From IMG/VR virus record IMGVR_UViG_3300047157_000229, positions 1 to 64,000 of that record: DNA of 64,000 nt, one strand, 5' to 3'. Made by a program: the position numbers and the translations under genes. Origin of the DNA: a virus. Of the stretch, positions 46,520 to 57,127 are shown piece by piece; the stretch's first letter is position 1, and every line of letters begins with the position of its first letter. The notes beneath the pieces are model-generated. The model ran no database searches. It was not told the DNA's origin and was given only the letters and a program-made list of their open reading frames with translations.

Positions 46520-49500
46520 ATGCCAGTAAGAATACCAGTAGTACAAACAGGATTAGAAGCCAGCATCGAGGCGGCAGCTAAAAAAGCAGGTAGAAACCTC
46601 AAGATAAATATGGGCGGAAACGCCAAAAGTATCGAGGGGTTGTCTCAACCTTTAGGTCGAATTACTGGTAAGGCCGATCAGTTTACTAAATCTATGGAAG
46701 CTGCTAATGCTCGCGTGTTAGCTTTCGGGGCTTCTGTTGGTATTCTATCTTCCGTCACTAGAGGTTTTCAAGATCTCATTAGGGTGACCATTGATGTAGA
46801 AAAGTCTTTAACTAGTATTAATTCTATTTTAAATGTCACAGCCAAAGAACTAGATTCTTTTAAAAGCACTATCTTTAGTGTCGCTAAAAACACAGAGCAA
46901 TCTTTTAGCGTAGTAGCTGAAGCTGCTTTGGAATTAAGTCGCCAAGGTTTAAAGGCTGAAGAGGTTACTAAGAGACTGAATGATGCTTTGATTCTAAGCC
47001 GTTTATCTGGTTTAGGGGCTTCTGAAGCTGTCGCAGGTTTAACAGCGGCTATAAACTCTTTTAATCAATCTGGAATTACAAGCGCTGAAGTTCTTAATAA
47101 GTTGTCAGCTGCTGCTGTTTCTGCTGCTGTTTCTGAAAGAGATCTTATTGAAGGTATTAAGCGTTCAGGATCGGTTGCTACTCAAGCTGGTGTCTCATTT
47201 GATGAATTAGTTGGTGTGATTACAGCTGTCCAAGCTAAAACTGCGCGAGGTGGAGCGGTTATCGGTAACTCCTTCAAAACGATATTCACCAGAATACAAT
47301 CTATAGACAAGCTGCGAACTATGCAGAATTTGGGTGTAGAAGTAACAGACGCTTCTGGACAAGTTTTAGGAGCTACGAAATTAATTCAAAACTTAGCTAA
47401 ATCTTTAGAAGCGGTTCCAGATGCGCGAAAATTGCAGATAGCTGAAGGTTTGGTAGGGAAATTCCAAGTTGCTCCATTCTTGGCTATACTTGACGATTAC
47501 AGTTCTAAGACCTCCAAAGCTATAGAGGTAACTAAGGTATCTCAAGGAGCTTTTTCAGAAGCTTATAATCGAAATGAAGCTCAGAACATAACTCTTTCTG
47601 CAGCTATCAATAAAACGACTGTGAGTGTTGCTCAATTAGCGGAAGCGTTAGGTAAGATTGGTGTCACTGACAACCTTAAATCTATGCTTGGTTTCTTTTC
47701 TACTGTTGTAGACGAGATACAAGAGATTTTGGACGGAGACGGTGTGGGGAGCAAATTTGCTAAAGGCATCGTCGCGGGTATAGGAAATATTATTACTGGA
47801 CCTGCATTCGCTGTATTCGCTGCTGTTATTGGTAAACTCGTAATTGATTTAGTTAGATTTGGGGCTGGATCTCTTAAGACATTTTTTGGTTTAAATAAAG
47901 CTGCAAAAGAGCAAGCTACCCTACAAGGACAGATAGCCTCTACTCTTTTAGGTAATAAAACTATTCAAAAGAAGATCTTAGATATTGAAAATTCGCAGTT
48001 AAGCACTGCAGATAAAAGGAAAGCTCAAGTAAATTTTTTCACAACAGCTTTAAATGAGCAAGTGGGGATAATGACTAGGATGCAAGGTATTGCAGCTACA
48101 ATAGCTCCTGGAGTTATGACTAATACCAGAAAGCTTAAAGGTCGCGGTGCTGGAGGATTTATTCCGAATTACAATGCTATTGTTGGTTATGGGTCAGAAA
48201 GCTCAGATATTAGTAAGGGTGTAGGAGGCGCTCCTTCTTCAGCGAGACCAGTAACTATACCCAACTTCAATTTTGGAGGTGGACAAAAAGGAACTATGGT
48301 CGCTAACAGTAGCGAATACATAGTTCCTAATTATGCTGGAGGAGATGGGTCAGCTATCTTTAATCAAGATATGGCTGCTTCTATAGGTCTTCCTCCAAGA
48401 GCTAGGAAGATTGGTGCAGCTGGGGGTTATATACCTAACTTCGTTAATGAAGACAAAAGGCTAGTAATGTTCTCTGGAGACGAAACACCAGCTGGTAGAG
48501 GGGTAGATACAGAAAAAAAGTTTTATGTCGGCAAAACTAAAAAAAACGACACAGCGGCTTATGCAACACAATCAGCGGCTAAGGCGGCTAAGTTGAAGCC
48601 GACAAGTATTCAGCCTGTTACTGTTCCTGAATATAAGTTAGGACCAAAAGGCACGAACAAAAGCCCCTTATCTATAAAAACTATTAGGGACAAATTATCT
48701 GCATCTTCTACATCTACAGCAATGGACTTTGCAAAAAGCTTAGCTCCAAAAAGTGGTATCCCTAATGTAAGCAGAGCCAAAATAAAAGAATTGTTTAACC
48801 CAGGAGCTTTCGAAGGCATGTCTGGAACTATTTTTGAAGTGGCTTTAAGTGGTGTTTTATCTGATGCTAAATTTGATGACTACGCGAGTAGAACTTCTAC
48901 TTCTAGAATAGATTTACCTTATGATAAAAAACTTTTTGACTTGTTTGGCACTAAAGGTGCGGGGACACTGGGGGCAGAAGTTAAAGCTAATAGCACATTA
49001 GCCAAAGCTGCTTCTATAAAGTTTTATGACGTATTATTTGGTGGAGGTGTTGCAGCTGATTATAAAAAAACAGTTCCAGTTTACGATAAAAATGGGAACC
49101 AAATAGGCACTAGAGATACCGCTTTAGGCGCTCAAGTTAGACAGAGCGAAATAGGAAATAGAATGGCTGGGATTGTAGGCTCAAACGGTAAACAAGTAGG
49201 ATTTCAGGCGCTTCAAAAAATGTTGGGGGGTAGAGTGACTGTCGGGGGATTAAGAAATTTGAGAACGCAACAGGGTCTCCCTAATTTTGCTGGAGGATAC
49301 CTTCCTAATTTTGCTGGTGGGTTACAAGATGCGATAGGAAGAGAAAAATCTGCTGGCTTACCGATCAATCAGATTCGCGTAAACCAAGATCCCAAACTTA
49401 GAAACTCTGGTAACCCAATGGGGTTAGCTGTCACGAATACTAGAGACGAACCTACTGGGGCTATACCTAACTTTGCTAAGGGATCAAAGCCATCTACTGG

Positions 49501-52500
49501 AAATGATGGAGATGGAATAAGTGGAGATTTCCTCACTAAGATATTTGCTGTGCAAATAGGTATGTCTGCTCTTAGTGGGGTGTTGGGAGAAGTGACCGAA
49601 AAAAATAAAGCTGTAGCTAATAGTTTGACTGCTCTAAATGTAGTGATTAGCGCAGCTATGACCGCGCAAGCTTTTGGGGGTTTCAAAAGTGTAGGCGCAA
49701 ATTTAGCGAGTACTTTTTCTCTGGGTAGAGGAAGGGGGGGAACGATTGCTGGGACAGGGTCTCTGGCTATGATGAGAGGGGGCAGAGGTGTTAGTCAAGG
49801 GATTGGTGATGCTGCGTCAAACTTAGGGGCTGCGTTTGGTCCAGGTGCAACTGGTCTTGGGGCTAGAGCTGGAATGGTTACAACAGCAGCAGCAGGTGCT
49901 GGGGGAGCATTAATGGGTGGATTAAAAGCAGCTGGCGGAGCGCTTTTAAGATTTGCTGGACCAATAGGAGTCGCTGCAACTGCTGGATTTGCAATTAGTA
50001 AAGCAATGGATCTATTCAGCGGTAGGAATGAAATAGCTTCAATTCAAACTAAACAGCTTGGAGAAAACGCTAAACTGGCAAGTGAAAAATTAGCCTCTAT
50101 AGAAATTCCGCAGGAATTAAAAGCGCGAATAGTTTCACGAAGTGAGAGCAGAGCGAATACAGCTTTGGAAGGTCTAGCTCCAGAAAGAGAAGGATTTATT
50201 GAAAATCTAAAAAAAGAAATATTTAGTTTTGATAAAAAAGGTATTACAGATTTTACTGGAGTTGGATTAATTGCAGATGTTTTTGGGTCTATAGGTGGGA
50301 ATATAGAAGGATCAGTAGACAGTAAATTGGAGGCAAACGTTAAGGAAGTTGTTAGACAAGCTGGAATATCTGGTTTAAATCCTCAGTTCATCGCTAAACA
50401 AGAGGAAATTATGGATGCCTCTAGACGCTCTAGAGGTGATGACGCACAGCTAAAAGGAGAAGAAATACAAAATTTCGTGAGTAGTCTTCTACAACAGATG
50501 CAGAGCTTAAATCCACAAAAGATAATCAGCCAAGTATCTGAATCTCTAAGTTCTGAGGATCTTAGTTTGATAAGGGAGGCTGAGCAACTTAAAAAAGATG
50601 CTAAAAAATCTGGGCGCACTTTAGGGGGGGCTGATCTGTCTAAAACTCAAGAAGCTACAGCAATCATCGCAGAGGCTTTTAAGAATTTCCAAACAAAAAA
50701 CCCCAATGCAAAAAATATCAATCCCGCGATTTTATTTCCAGGCGTAGCACAAAGAGCTTCTACAGGAGATACTAGAACAGGAGCAATTGAGAAGATAAGA
50801 GGAGATCTAGGAAAGGAACAATTAAAAAGCGCTATAGATCTAGCAAAATTAAGAGCTGCAGAATTATCTGTAGAAGAAAAGTTACTAAATGGTGATAAAT
50901 TCAGAAAAAATTTAACTGCTGTAAGGAAAGCTGAATTACAAGAGGTGGTCGCTCTACAAAAAATAGACCTTAACACAAATAAACAAATTGCAGACTCAAT
51001 TAAAACAAGGATTGATTCTCTAGAATCTGTAGATTTTAATGAAGAAGAACAAGCCTCATTGAAACAAAAAATAAATGATCTTACTTTAGAACAATTGACC
51101 GCAGAAGGTATGGTCGCAAGACTCATTGATGAAACTCTAGATTTAGATGGGAAGAAAAAAGATGAAAAACAGGAGTTAATAAAATTACTAAATGAGGAGA
51201 TAAGTAGGACGAGAAAACTCGGCGAAGAGGAGCGAAAAAATGAAAAAGATAAGAGGAAACCCGAAAAAGAGGGCATTAATTTTTCGGATAGGCTATCGAG
51301 AGCAACGAGTGTAGATATTAATAATATTGAAAGAGCTGCAATTCAAAGAAGTATCTCAGAAAGTGGAATCCAGAATCAGCTTAACATTAGGAAAGCTGCA
51401 CTAAATCCTAATCTACTTCCTTTGGAAAAATTTAGACAAGAAGGTTTAATTGATAAAGCGTTTCGGGATGAAGAAGAAAAGAAGTCGGGTGCAGATCTGT
51501 TAGATAAAACAAAAATAGCTGTAATAAATTTAAGAGACGAAATGCCAAGTCTAAAAAAGCAGTTTGACGAATTACTCGGTGTGATTGATAAAGAAGGACT
51601 AGAGAGTTTAGATAAGGTGGCAACCGCTATACAACTAATAGCTAATGGGGCGACGTTTAAAGTAGGAAAAGAGACAGATATTATTACGTTTGAGGATACC
51701 AATACTGTTAAAAAAGGCGAAATTAAACCACAGCCGAAAAAAGCGATAATAGAGGCTCAGGAAGCACTTACTGAACTTGAAAGGGGTCGAGCTAATAACA
51801 AAATACTCAAGGAAGGAAATCAGGCAATAGGGGATGCTAGAGCGGAGCAAGAAAAATATATAGAAGGATTCAGAACTTTTAGTCAGCTCCTTACTAGATT
51901 TACTTTCGATCTAAAACAGTCCACAGAAGACCTAAAGTTGGATCTCCTATTGGCTAAAGATGGTGCTAGTGCTATCTCTAATATCGACCAGAGATTATTT
52001 AATGTTGATGCGAGAGCTGGTGGACCACAAGCTACAGCTAGAGCTTCAGATAGTCTAGCATTGAGGGGGGCTACCGATAAAATAACATTAGCTAGAACTA
52101 GTGTAGAACGACGAGCTGCGATAAAAAACAGAGATATCCTCGCTAAAGAATTAGAAATTAAAACAGAGGTAGCTGAGAAACAAAAAGATGGAGTAGAGGA
52201 CACTAAAGAACTTGTTGCTCTTAGAGAGAGGCTTGTAGAATTAGAAAAACAAAGATTAGCGATTGGCACATCTAGAGCTGAATTGTTTGAAAATGAATTT
52301 GTCTTTACCCAAGAAGAAATACAAGAAGGTTTAGATAAAGCTTTAGTGCAAAATGCTAGAACATTTGTAGATACAATCAGAGATGGTTTAGTCGATGCTA
52401 TATCTAAAGGTCAAGACTTAGGTGATACTTTAAAACAAGCTGGAGCGAATTTCTTTAATCAACAAGCTAACGCTAATCTGGGTGCTGCATTTAAGAACAT

Positions 52501-53521
52501 CTCATCTTCGGGATTTGTTCAAAATATTGCATCAGTGTTCTCTGGTAATCCCAATGCTAAAGGGGGGCCAGTTACAGGGGGGTCGGGATCTAAAGACGAT
52601 GTGCCAGCTTTGCTTATGGGTGGAGAATTTGTGATGAAAAAAAGTGCTGTTCAGAAATACGGTTCTGGATTCATGAACTCTTTGAACTCAGGTAACATCC
52701 CCGCTATGGCTAGAGGGGGGTTGTTCACCCCAGGAACTTATGGTCAAGGAGAAATGAAGGGTACACGAAATCTATTAGATTTCGCGACACAATCATTCAC
52801 TACAGGAGCTTCTGATAAATTTAATTCTGGTTCAGGATTCGCCTCTATAGGTTTAGAGCCTCAGAGCGCGGCTCTAACGATGTTTGGACGTAGAAACAGC
52901 CCAGCATTCCAAAGGGAGCAAGCGTCTAAGCGGAAGGCGTTTGGATTGTTTACTAGGGCGGTAGAACAAGAAAGAGCGGAAAAAGAAAGGGGGAGTGGAT
53001 TCTCTGAAATCTTGAAGAAGTCCCTGTTATCCTTTGGAGCGAGTTTTGCATTCAAGGAACTCACGAATTTATTCGGTAATAAAAGCCCAACAGCTAATAT
53101 AACACAAGACTTCTCAGACCCGACTCAGTATGATAATGGATATGCATTTTCAGCTACAGGAGGATCAATTCCTTATGCAGCTGGAGTAGATACAATCCCT
53201 TCTATGTTGTCTGGTGGTGAGTTCGTCATGAATGCCGCTGCAACCCAGAGAATCGGCAGAGGTAATTTAAACGCTCTAAACTCAGGTGGTGGTGGTGGAT
53301 CTGGTGACGTAGTAAGTAAACTAGATGAACTTATTTCTGTTTCTGATAATTCTGGAGAGACTGTGATCAATATCACCGTTAACTCTGATGGGTCATCTAA
53401 CTCTGAAGGTAGTGGAGACGATCAGCAAAATTCATTAGCGATGAAGATAAAAGATGTAGTTAAACAAGTGATTGATGACGAGAAAAGACTGGGAGGGTCA
53501 CTAAGACAAGCTAGAGCATAA
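46520..53521 (+). CDS. Tape measure protein (TP901-like core)
   Basis: 2333 aa; ELSRQG, GVSFDEL, IGNSFKTIFTRI; two D.[VI]P..L.GGEFVM motifs. Confidence 0.92.
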   Translation: MPVRIPVVQTGLEASIEAAAKKAGRNLKINMGGNAKSIEGLSQPLGRITGKADQFTKSMEAANARVLAFGASVGILSSVTRGFQDLIRVTIDVEKSLTSINSILNVTAKELDSFKSTIFSVAKNTEQSFSVVAEAALELSRQGLKAEEVTKRLNDALILSRLSGLGASEAVAGLTAAINSFNQSGITSAEVLNKLSAAAVSAAVSERDLIEGIKRSGSVATQAGVSFDELVGVITAVQAKTARGGAVIGNSFKTIFTRIQSIDKLRTMQNLGVEVTDASGQVLGATKLIQNLAKSLEAVPDARKLQIAEGLVGKFQVAPFLAILDDYSSKTSKAIEVTKVSQGAFSEAYNRNEAQNITLSAAINKTTVSVAQLAEALGKIGVTDNLKSMLGFFSTVVDEIQEILDGDGVGSKFAKGIVAGIGNIITGPAFAVFAAVIGKLVIDLVRFGAGSLKTFFGLNKAAKEQATLQGQIASTLLGNKTIQKKILDIENSQLSTADKRKAQVNFFTTALNEQVGIMTRMQGIAATIAPGVMTNTRKLKGRGAGGFIPNYNAIVGYGSESSDISKGVGGAPSSARPVTIPNFNFGGGQKGTMVANSSEYIVPNYAGGDGSAIFNQDMAASIGLPPRARKIGAAGGYIPNFVNEDKRLVMFSGDETPAGRGVDTEKKFYVGKTKKNDTAAYATQSAAKAAKLKPTSIQPVTVPEYKLGPKGTNKSPLSIKTIRDKLSASSTSTAMDFAKSLAPKSGIPNVSRAKIKELFNPGAFEGMSGTIFEVALSGVLSDAKFDDYASRTSTSRIDLPYDKKLFDLFGTKGAGTLGAEVKANSTLAKAASIKFYDVLFGGGVAADYKKTVPVYDKNGNQIGTRDTALGAQVRQSEIGNRMAGIVGSNGKQVGFQALQKMLGGRVTVGGLRNLRTQQGLPNFAGGYLPNFAGGLQDAIGREKSAGLPINQIRVNQDPKLRNSGNPMGLAVTNTRDEPTGAIPNFAKGSKPSTGNDGDGISGDFLTKIFAVQIGMSALSGVLGEVTEKNKAVANSLTALNVVISAAMTAQAFGGFKSVGANLASTFSLGRGRGGTIAGTGSLAMMRGGRGVSQGIGDAASNLGAAFGPGATGLGARAGMVTTAAAGAGGALMGGLKAAGGALLRFAGPIGVAATAGFAISKAMDLFSGRNEIASIQTKQLGENAKLASEKLASIEIPQELKARIVSRSESRANTALEGLAPEREGFIENLKKEIFSFDKKGITDFTGVGLIADVFGSIGGNIEGSVDSKLEANVKEVVRQAGISGLNPQFIAKQEEIMDASRRSRGDDAQLKGEEIQNFVSSLLQQMQSLNPQKIISQVSESLSSEDLSLIREAEQLKKDAKKSGRTLGGADLSKTQEATAIIAEAFKNFQTKNPNAKNINPAILFPGVAQRASTGDTRTGAIEKIRGDLGKEQLKSAIDLAKLRAAELSVEEKLLNGDKFRKNLTAVRKAELQEVVALQKIDLNTNKQIADSIKTRIDSLESVDFNEEEQASLKQKINDLTLEQLTAEGMVARLIDETLDLDGKKKDEKQELIKLLNEEISRTRKLGEEERKNEKDKRKPEKEGINFSDRLSRATSVDINNIERAAIQRSISESGIQNQLNIRKAALNPNLLPLEKFRQEGLIDKAFRDEEEKKSGADLLDKTKIAVINLRDEMPSLKKQFDELLGVIDKEGLESLDKVATAIQLIANGATFKVGKETDIITFEDTNTVKKGEIKPQPKKAIIEAQEALTELERGRANNKILKEGNQAIGDARAEQEKYIEGFRTFSQLLTRFTFDLKQSTEDLKLDLLLAKDGASAISNIDQRLFNVDARAGGPQATARASDSLALRGATDKITLARTSVERRAAIKNRDILAKELEIKTEVAEKQKDGVEDTKELVALRERLVELEKQRLAIGTSRAELFENEFVFTQEEIQEGLDKALVQNARTFVDTIRDGLVDAISKGQDLGDTLKQAGANFFNQQANANLGAAFKNISSSGFVQNIASVFSGNPNAKGGPVTGGSGSKDDVPALLMGGEFVMKKSAVQKYGSGFMNSLNSGNIPAMARGGLFTPGTYGQGEMKGTRNLLDFATQSFTTGASDKFNSGSGFASIGLEPQSAALTMFGRRNSPAFQREQASKRKAFGLFTRAVEQERAEKERGSGFSEILKKSLLSFGASFAFKELTNLFGNKSPTANITQDFSDPTQYDNGYAFSATGGSIPYAAGVDTIPSMLSGGEFVMNAAATQRIGRGNLNALNSGGGGGSGDVVSKLDELISVSDNSGETVINITVNSDGSSNSEGSGDDQQNSLAMKIKDVVKQVIDDEKRLGGSLRQARA

Positions 53522-54330
53522 TGTACGGAACAACACTAAATTACGATTGTCATTTTTTTATCGCAGGGGCTGATGGAAGTCCCAGCGCTAGAGAGCTTTC
53601 TGGCGTTAAGAGCTTAGACATAGGTTATTCTAACAGCAGTAATATTTCGACTCCTTTAGGATCGACTCGCGGTGTAACTACGGTAGGTGGTCCTACAAAT
53701 CAAACTGTTTCTTTCTCAAGAGATTTAATTTATGAAGATCCTATATTAGCTTTTACAGGTGAATCTGAAGCTATGAAGGGGAGTTTTAATTATAAAAATA
53801 ATACTTCTTATGGATTTAATAGCGGCTATTTAACTTCTTATTCTGTTAATTGCGCTGTTGGTTCCATACCTAAAGTAAATACGTCTTTCGTTGTTTACGA
53901 CGAAATGAAGACTGGAATTAATGCGACTGGGGTAACCCCTACTCCTATTTACATACCAAGTCAAGGATCTATAAGCGCTACTTGTGATAATAGCTCTAGT
54001 AATCGTGTCATCGGTTTTGATTATTCTTTAACAATGAAGAAAATACCGTATTATACTATTGGTTCTGAAACCCCAGTGGAAGTGAAACACATAAATCCAA
54101 TTCAATATTCTGCAGCTGTCCAAATGGAAGTAGATGATACATTTTTAAAAAGCGGTTTTGATTTTTTAAATGCGAGAGAAGATAAAACTGTAAGTTTTTT
54201 ATTGTCATCTAGAGATGGAGATGGAATACAGCTGCTCACAATACCTAACGCATCACTTGTTTCTGAGCAATTGAATAGTAGTTCAGATGGCTCCGTGAGA
54301 TTAACCCTTAACTATATTGGACACTCATGA
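53521..54330 (+). CDS. Tail tube-like / distal tail protein (paralog)
   Basis: YLTSYSVNCAVGSIP, IPYYTIGS. Confidence 0.6.
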   Translation: MYGTTLNYDCHFFIAGADGSPSARELSGVKSLDIGYSNSSNISTPLGSTRGVTTVGGPTNQTVSFSRDLIYEDPILAFTGESEAMKGSFNYKNNTSYGFNSGYLTSYSVNCAVGSIPKVNTSFVVYDEMKTGINATGVTPTPIYIPSQGSISATCDNSSSNRVIGFDYSLTMKKIPYYTIGSETPVEVKHINPIQYSAAVQMEVDDTFLKSGFDFLNAREDKTVSFLLSSRDGDGIQLLTIPNASLVSEQLNSSSDGSVRLTLNYIGHS

Positions 54331-55283
54331 GTGAAGATTTATTTTACAACAGAGATCGTAACATAAGTGGTATAACTGCGCCTTCAAAACTCGCAGATCT
54401 TAGCCTTACACCAGTTTATGGATCTACTGTAGAATTCCAAGCTAAGAATCATAGATATACTACTGATGATTTTTATTATAATTTAATACCTCTTTCCGTT
54501 AATAGTTTGGTAGCGAGGTTTTCTTTGAAGTATGAAGTAAATGAAACTAATGCCAGAAAGCTCGCCAACTTTTTTGAAGCTCAGTCTGGGAATTTATTTA
54601 TAGAATTTTCGCCAGATAACTCAGGAGTTTATAAGACTGTTTCTGGTTTCTGTGATAATTATGCTATTAATTTTATTAATAATCAACACTTTGAAGTAGC
54701 AACTAGTTTGACAGTTGATCAAGCTCCTACTTTGTTAAAGTGGTCAGGGATGGGATGCTTTCCGAACTTAGAATTCGATGATTATAATTATTCGGAGTCT
54801 TATAAAAAATATGATATTGTATATACGGGAATAAATCAGAATAAACTAGATAATTTTTATTACTGCACAGGAGATCATACTTCTACTGTTTCTAATTCGC
54901 CAACAGGATCGGCCTCGGCGTGGACGAGGGATTTCTTTTTTGAACCTGATATTGGAACTCAAAACAACGTAGAAATTAAATCTGATAAGTTAGAATTTAA
55001 AAACTCTTTCACTCAAAGATTTAAGACTAATAATAATATTGCGACATTCGATATGGATTACAGTTTTAATAATATCTCTGATAAACAATTAAAAACCATG
55101 ATTCATTTTTTAGAGAACAAAGGTGGATACCGTAGATTTAAACATCAAATTCCTTCTGTATACAATAGACCGAAGGTATACTATAGCCCTAAGTGGACTC
55201 ATACATGGAACTATGCTAATTCCAATACCTTAAATGTAGAACTTAAAGAAGACCCTATGGGTGTAATTCCAACAGGAACTTAA
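54327..55283 (+). CDS. Minor tail protein, duplicated lambda gpM-like domain
   Basis: LANFFEAQSG and MIHFLENKGG halves. Confidence 0.55.
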   Translation: MSEDLFYNRDRNISGITAPSKLADLSLTPVYGSTVEFQAKNHRYTTDDFYYNLIPLSVNSLVARFSLKYEVNETNARKLANFFEAQSGNLFIEFSPDNSGVYKTVSGFCDNYAINFINNQHFEVATSLTVDQAPTLLKWSGMGCFPNLEFDDYNYSESYKKYDIVYTGINQNKLDNFYYCTGDHTSTVSNSPTGSASAWTRDFFFEPDIGTQNNVEIKSDKLEFKNSFTQRFKTNNNIATFDMDYSFNNISDKQLKTMIHFLENKGGYRRFKHQIPSVYNRPKVYYSPKWTHTWNYANSNTLNVELKEDPMGVIPTGT

Positions 55284-55284
55284 T

Positions 55285-56385
55285 ATGTCTAGAAATATAA
55301 TAAGAAGCAATAATGCTATTGTAGCTACTCAAGATTCTACTACTGCTTTTTCCACCAGCAATAAGAATCTAAAACTGCATAAGTTAGCTCAGACTTTTAA
55401 TTATTCAATTAATTATCCGAGACAACAATCTAAACAAATTGGTTCCCAAAAACTATCTACTAATGATATATATAATCAGCCAGATGTATCTTTAAATATT
55501 AGTTACATACCAGAACCTAACTTCTCTAATGAAGTTCAAAGTCGATTTCTAAATTCAACCCCTAAAGATGAATTTAAAAACATTTTTGATGCTGACGATG
55601 CACAAGAATCAACTAACTTTTACGTTTTAGTTTCTGAGAATCAAGAAGATTCCCTTATCGATTCTCTAGGTTTTGGAAGTCCAGCTAATAATTTTAATGG
55701 CAATGACGCTATCGCTTTTGGCAATTGTTTCCCTCAATCTTATAATCTAAGTTATGCTGTAGGGGCTTTACCCGTTGTTAATACTTCCTATATTTGTTCT
55801 AATGCAGTATTTGATAATTTAGTAGGGACTTCTATGGAGATGCCAGCTATAAATATGACAGGGGGTAATAATGATAATGTAGGTAGATCTCAATTTTATT
55901 TTAATCAAGATTTGTCTACACCAGCTTTAGAAAAAGCGCCCCCTATAGTTAATCCTACTAATAGTGGTAGTGATGTTAGTTTACAAAACTTACAAGTTGG
56001 AGGGCAAGCTATATCAGGTAAACACCTAGTTCGATCTGTAGATATGAGTGTATCTATACCAAGAGTATCAGCTTACGGACTAGGTAATGATTATGCATTT
56101 GGAAGGAAAAGGCAGTTTCCAGCTAATGGATCATTTTCTGTTTCTTCTCAAGTTTCTGGATTTGAGAGTGGGGCTATGACTGGTGTTTTAAATTCAGATC
56201 AGCTATATCAATTTGACCTAACTCTAGAAGCTAGTGGTAAAACCATGATATACAGAATAGAAGATGCAAAATTAGGATCTTACAATTATTCTATGGACAT
56301 TAATGGTAGAATGAACTTCGATGCAGCTTTTACTTTTGAAGTGACTCAGAATAAAGGTTTAAAACTAAGTGGGACTTACTATTAA
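55285..56385 (+). CDS. Tail tube-like protein (paralog of 41311-42465)
   Basis: MSRNII, FGNCFPQSYNLSYAVGALP, RVSAYGLG. Confidence 0.65.
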   Translation: MSRNIIRSNNAIVATQDSTTAFSTSNKNLKLHKLAQTFNYSINYPRQQSKQIGSQKLSTNDIYNQPDVSLNISYIPEPNFSNEVQSRFLNSTPKDEFKNIFDADDAQESTNFYVLVSENQEDSLIDSLGFGSPANNFNGNDAIAFGNCFPQSYNLSYAVGALPVVNTSYICSNAVFDNLVGTSMEMPAINMTGGNNDNVGRSQFYFNQDLSTPALEKAPPIVNPTNSGSDVSLQNLQVGGQAISGKHLVRSVDMSVSIPRVSAYGLGNDYAFGRKRQFPANGSFSVSSQVSGFESGAMTGVLNSDQLYQFDLTLEASGKTMIYRIEDAKLGSYNYSMDINGRMNFDAAFTFEVTQNKGLKLSGTYY

Positions 56386-56771
56386 TCGTAATCCACTTTA
56401 ACGTCTTTACTCTCGTAGCCTTTTTCTTTAATCCTATTTGGATGCTCTGTCCCATTACGCTCTTTAGCGTAATTATTATAGAACTTTTCCTTAACAGGGT
56501 CTAGACCCCCAGCTTTCTCTGCCCTTTGTGCGCTGAGTTCTGCTGAGTAGTCCATCATATCGCCTATCGTGCCTTTTTTATTGTAAGTAGCGTCAATGTA
56601 TTGCTGCTTATTAAAAGGGTCTATAGAGCTATCTATGGAGGCATGGGGGATGGTCCAAACCCTCCCCCACTCCACACCAAATTCGTCTATATATATATGT
56701 TCGTCATTCATCCCTTGAACTACCTCAAGGTGTTCGTCTGTATCAGGATGTTTGTAAACATATATCGCCAT
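56382..56771 (-). CDS. FmdB-like small protein
   Basis: MAIYVYKHPDTDE N-terminus. Confidence 0.55.
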   Translation of the reverse strand: MAIYVYKHPDTDEHLEVVQGMNDEHIYIDEFGVEWGRVWTIPHASIDSSIDPFNKQQYIDATYNKKGTIGDMMDYSAELSAQRAEKAGGLDPVKEKFYNNYAKERNGTEHPNRIKEKGYESKDVKVDYD

Positions 56772-57094
56772 TATTTTATATCTATTTTTTTAGCTCCTTT
56801 AACAGCTTTTTTAGGTAAGGTCAAATGAAGCATACCATTCTTCAGAGAAGCCGAAATGTGTTCTTCAGATACTAAATCATATAAATATAATTCATAGTTT
56901 CTAGATCTATCTTCATTCTTAGCTGATACAGTTAGGACATTGTCGATAACACTGAGAGTTACATCTTTTTTAGAAAAGCCAGCTAATTCAAATTCTGCAA
57001 AATAAACATCTCCAGAGTCTTTAATTCTGTCATAAGCTTTCTGTTTGGGGTAACTAGTAATGTCGTTAAGTAGGTTGTTAATTAATGTATTCAT
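56771..57094 (-). CDS. Small heat shock protein (Hsp20)
   Basis: ELAGFSKKDV...ASLKNGMLHLTLPK. Confidence 0.9.
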   Translation of the reverse strand: MNTLINNLLNDITSYPKQKAYDRIKDSGDVYFAEFELAGFSKKDVTLSVIDNVLTVSAKNEDRSRNYELYLYDLVSEEHISASLKNGMLHLTLPKKAVKGAKKIDIK

Positions 57095-57127
57095 AATCAC
57101 AATATATATAACACTACTTGTGCCAAA

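Noticed and set aside
46520-53521. Minus-strand ORFs within the tape measure, capsid and scaffold genes
   Set aside because: Antisense shadows with no start signals or motifs
27530-56385. Stop-codon reassignment
   Set aside because: Long genes are intact under code 11, and the breaks examined are frame changes rather than in-frame stops
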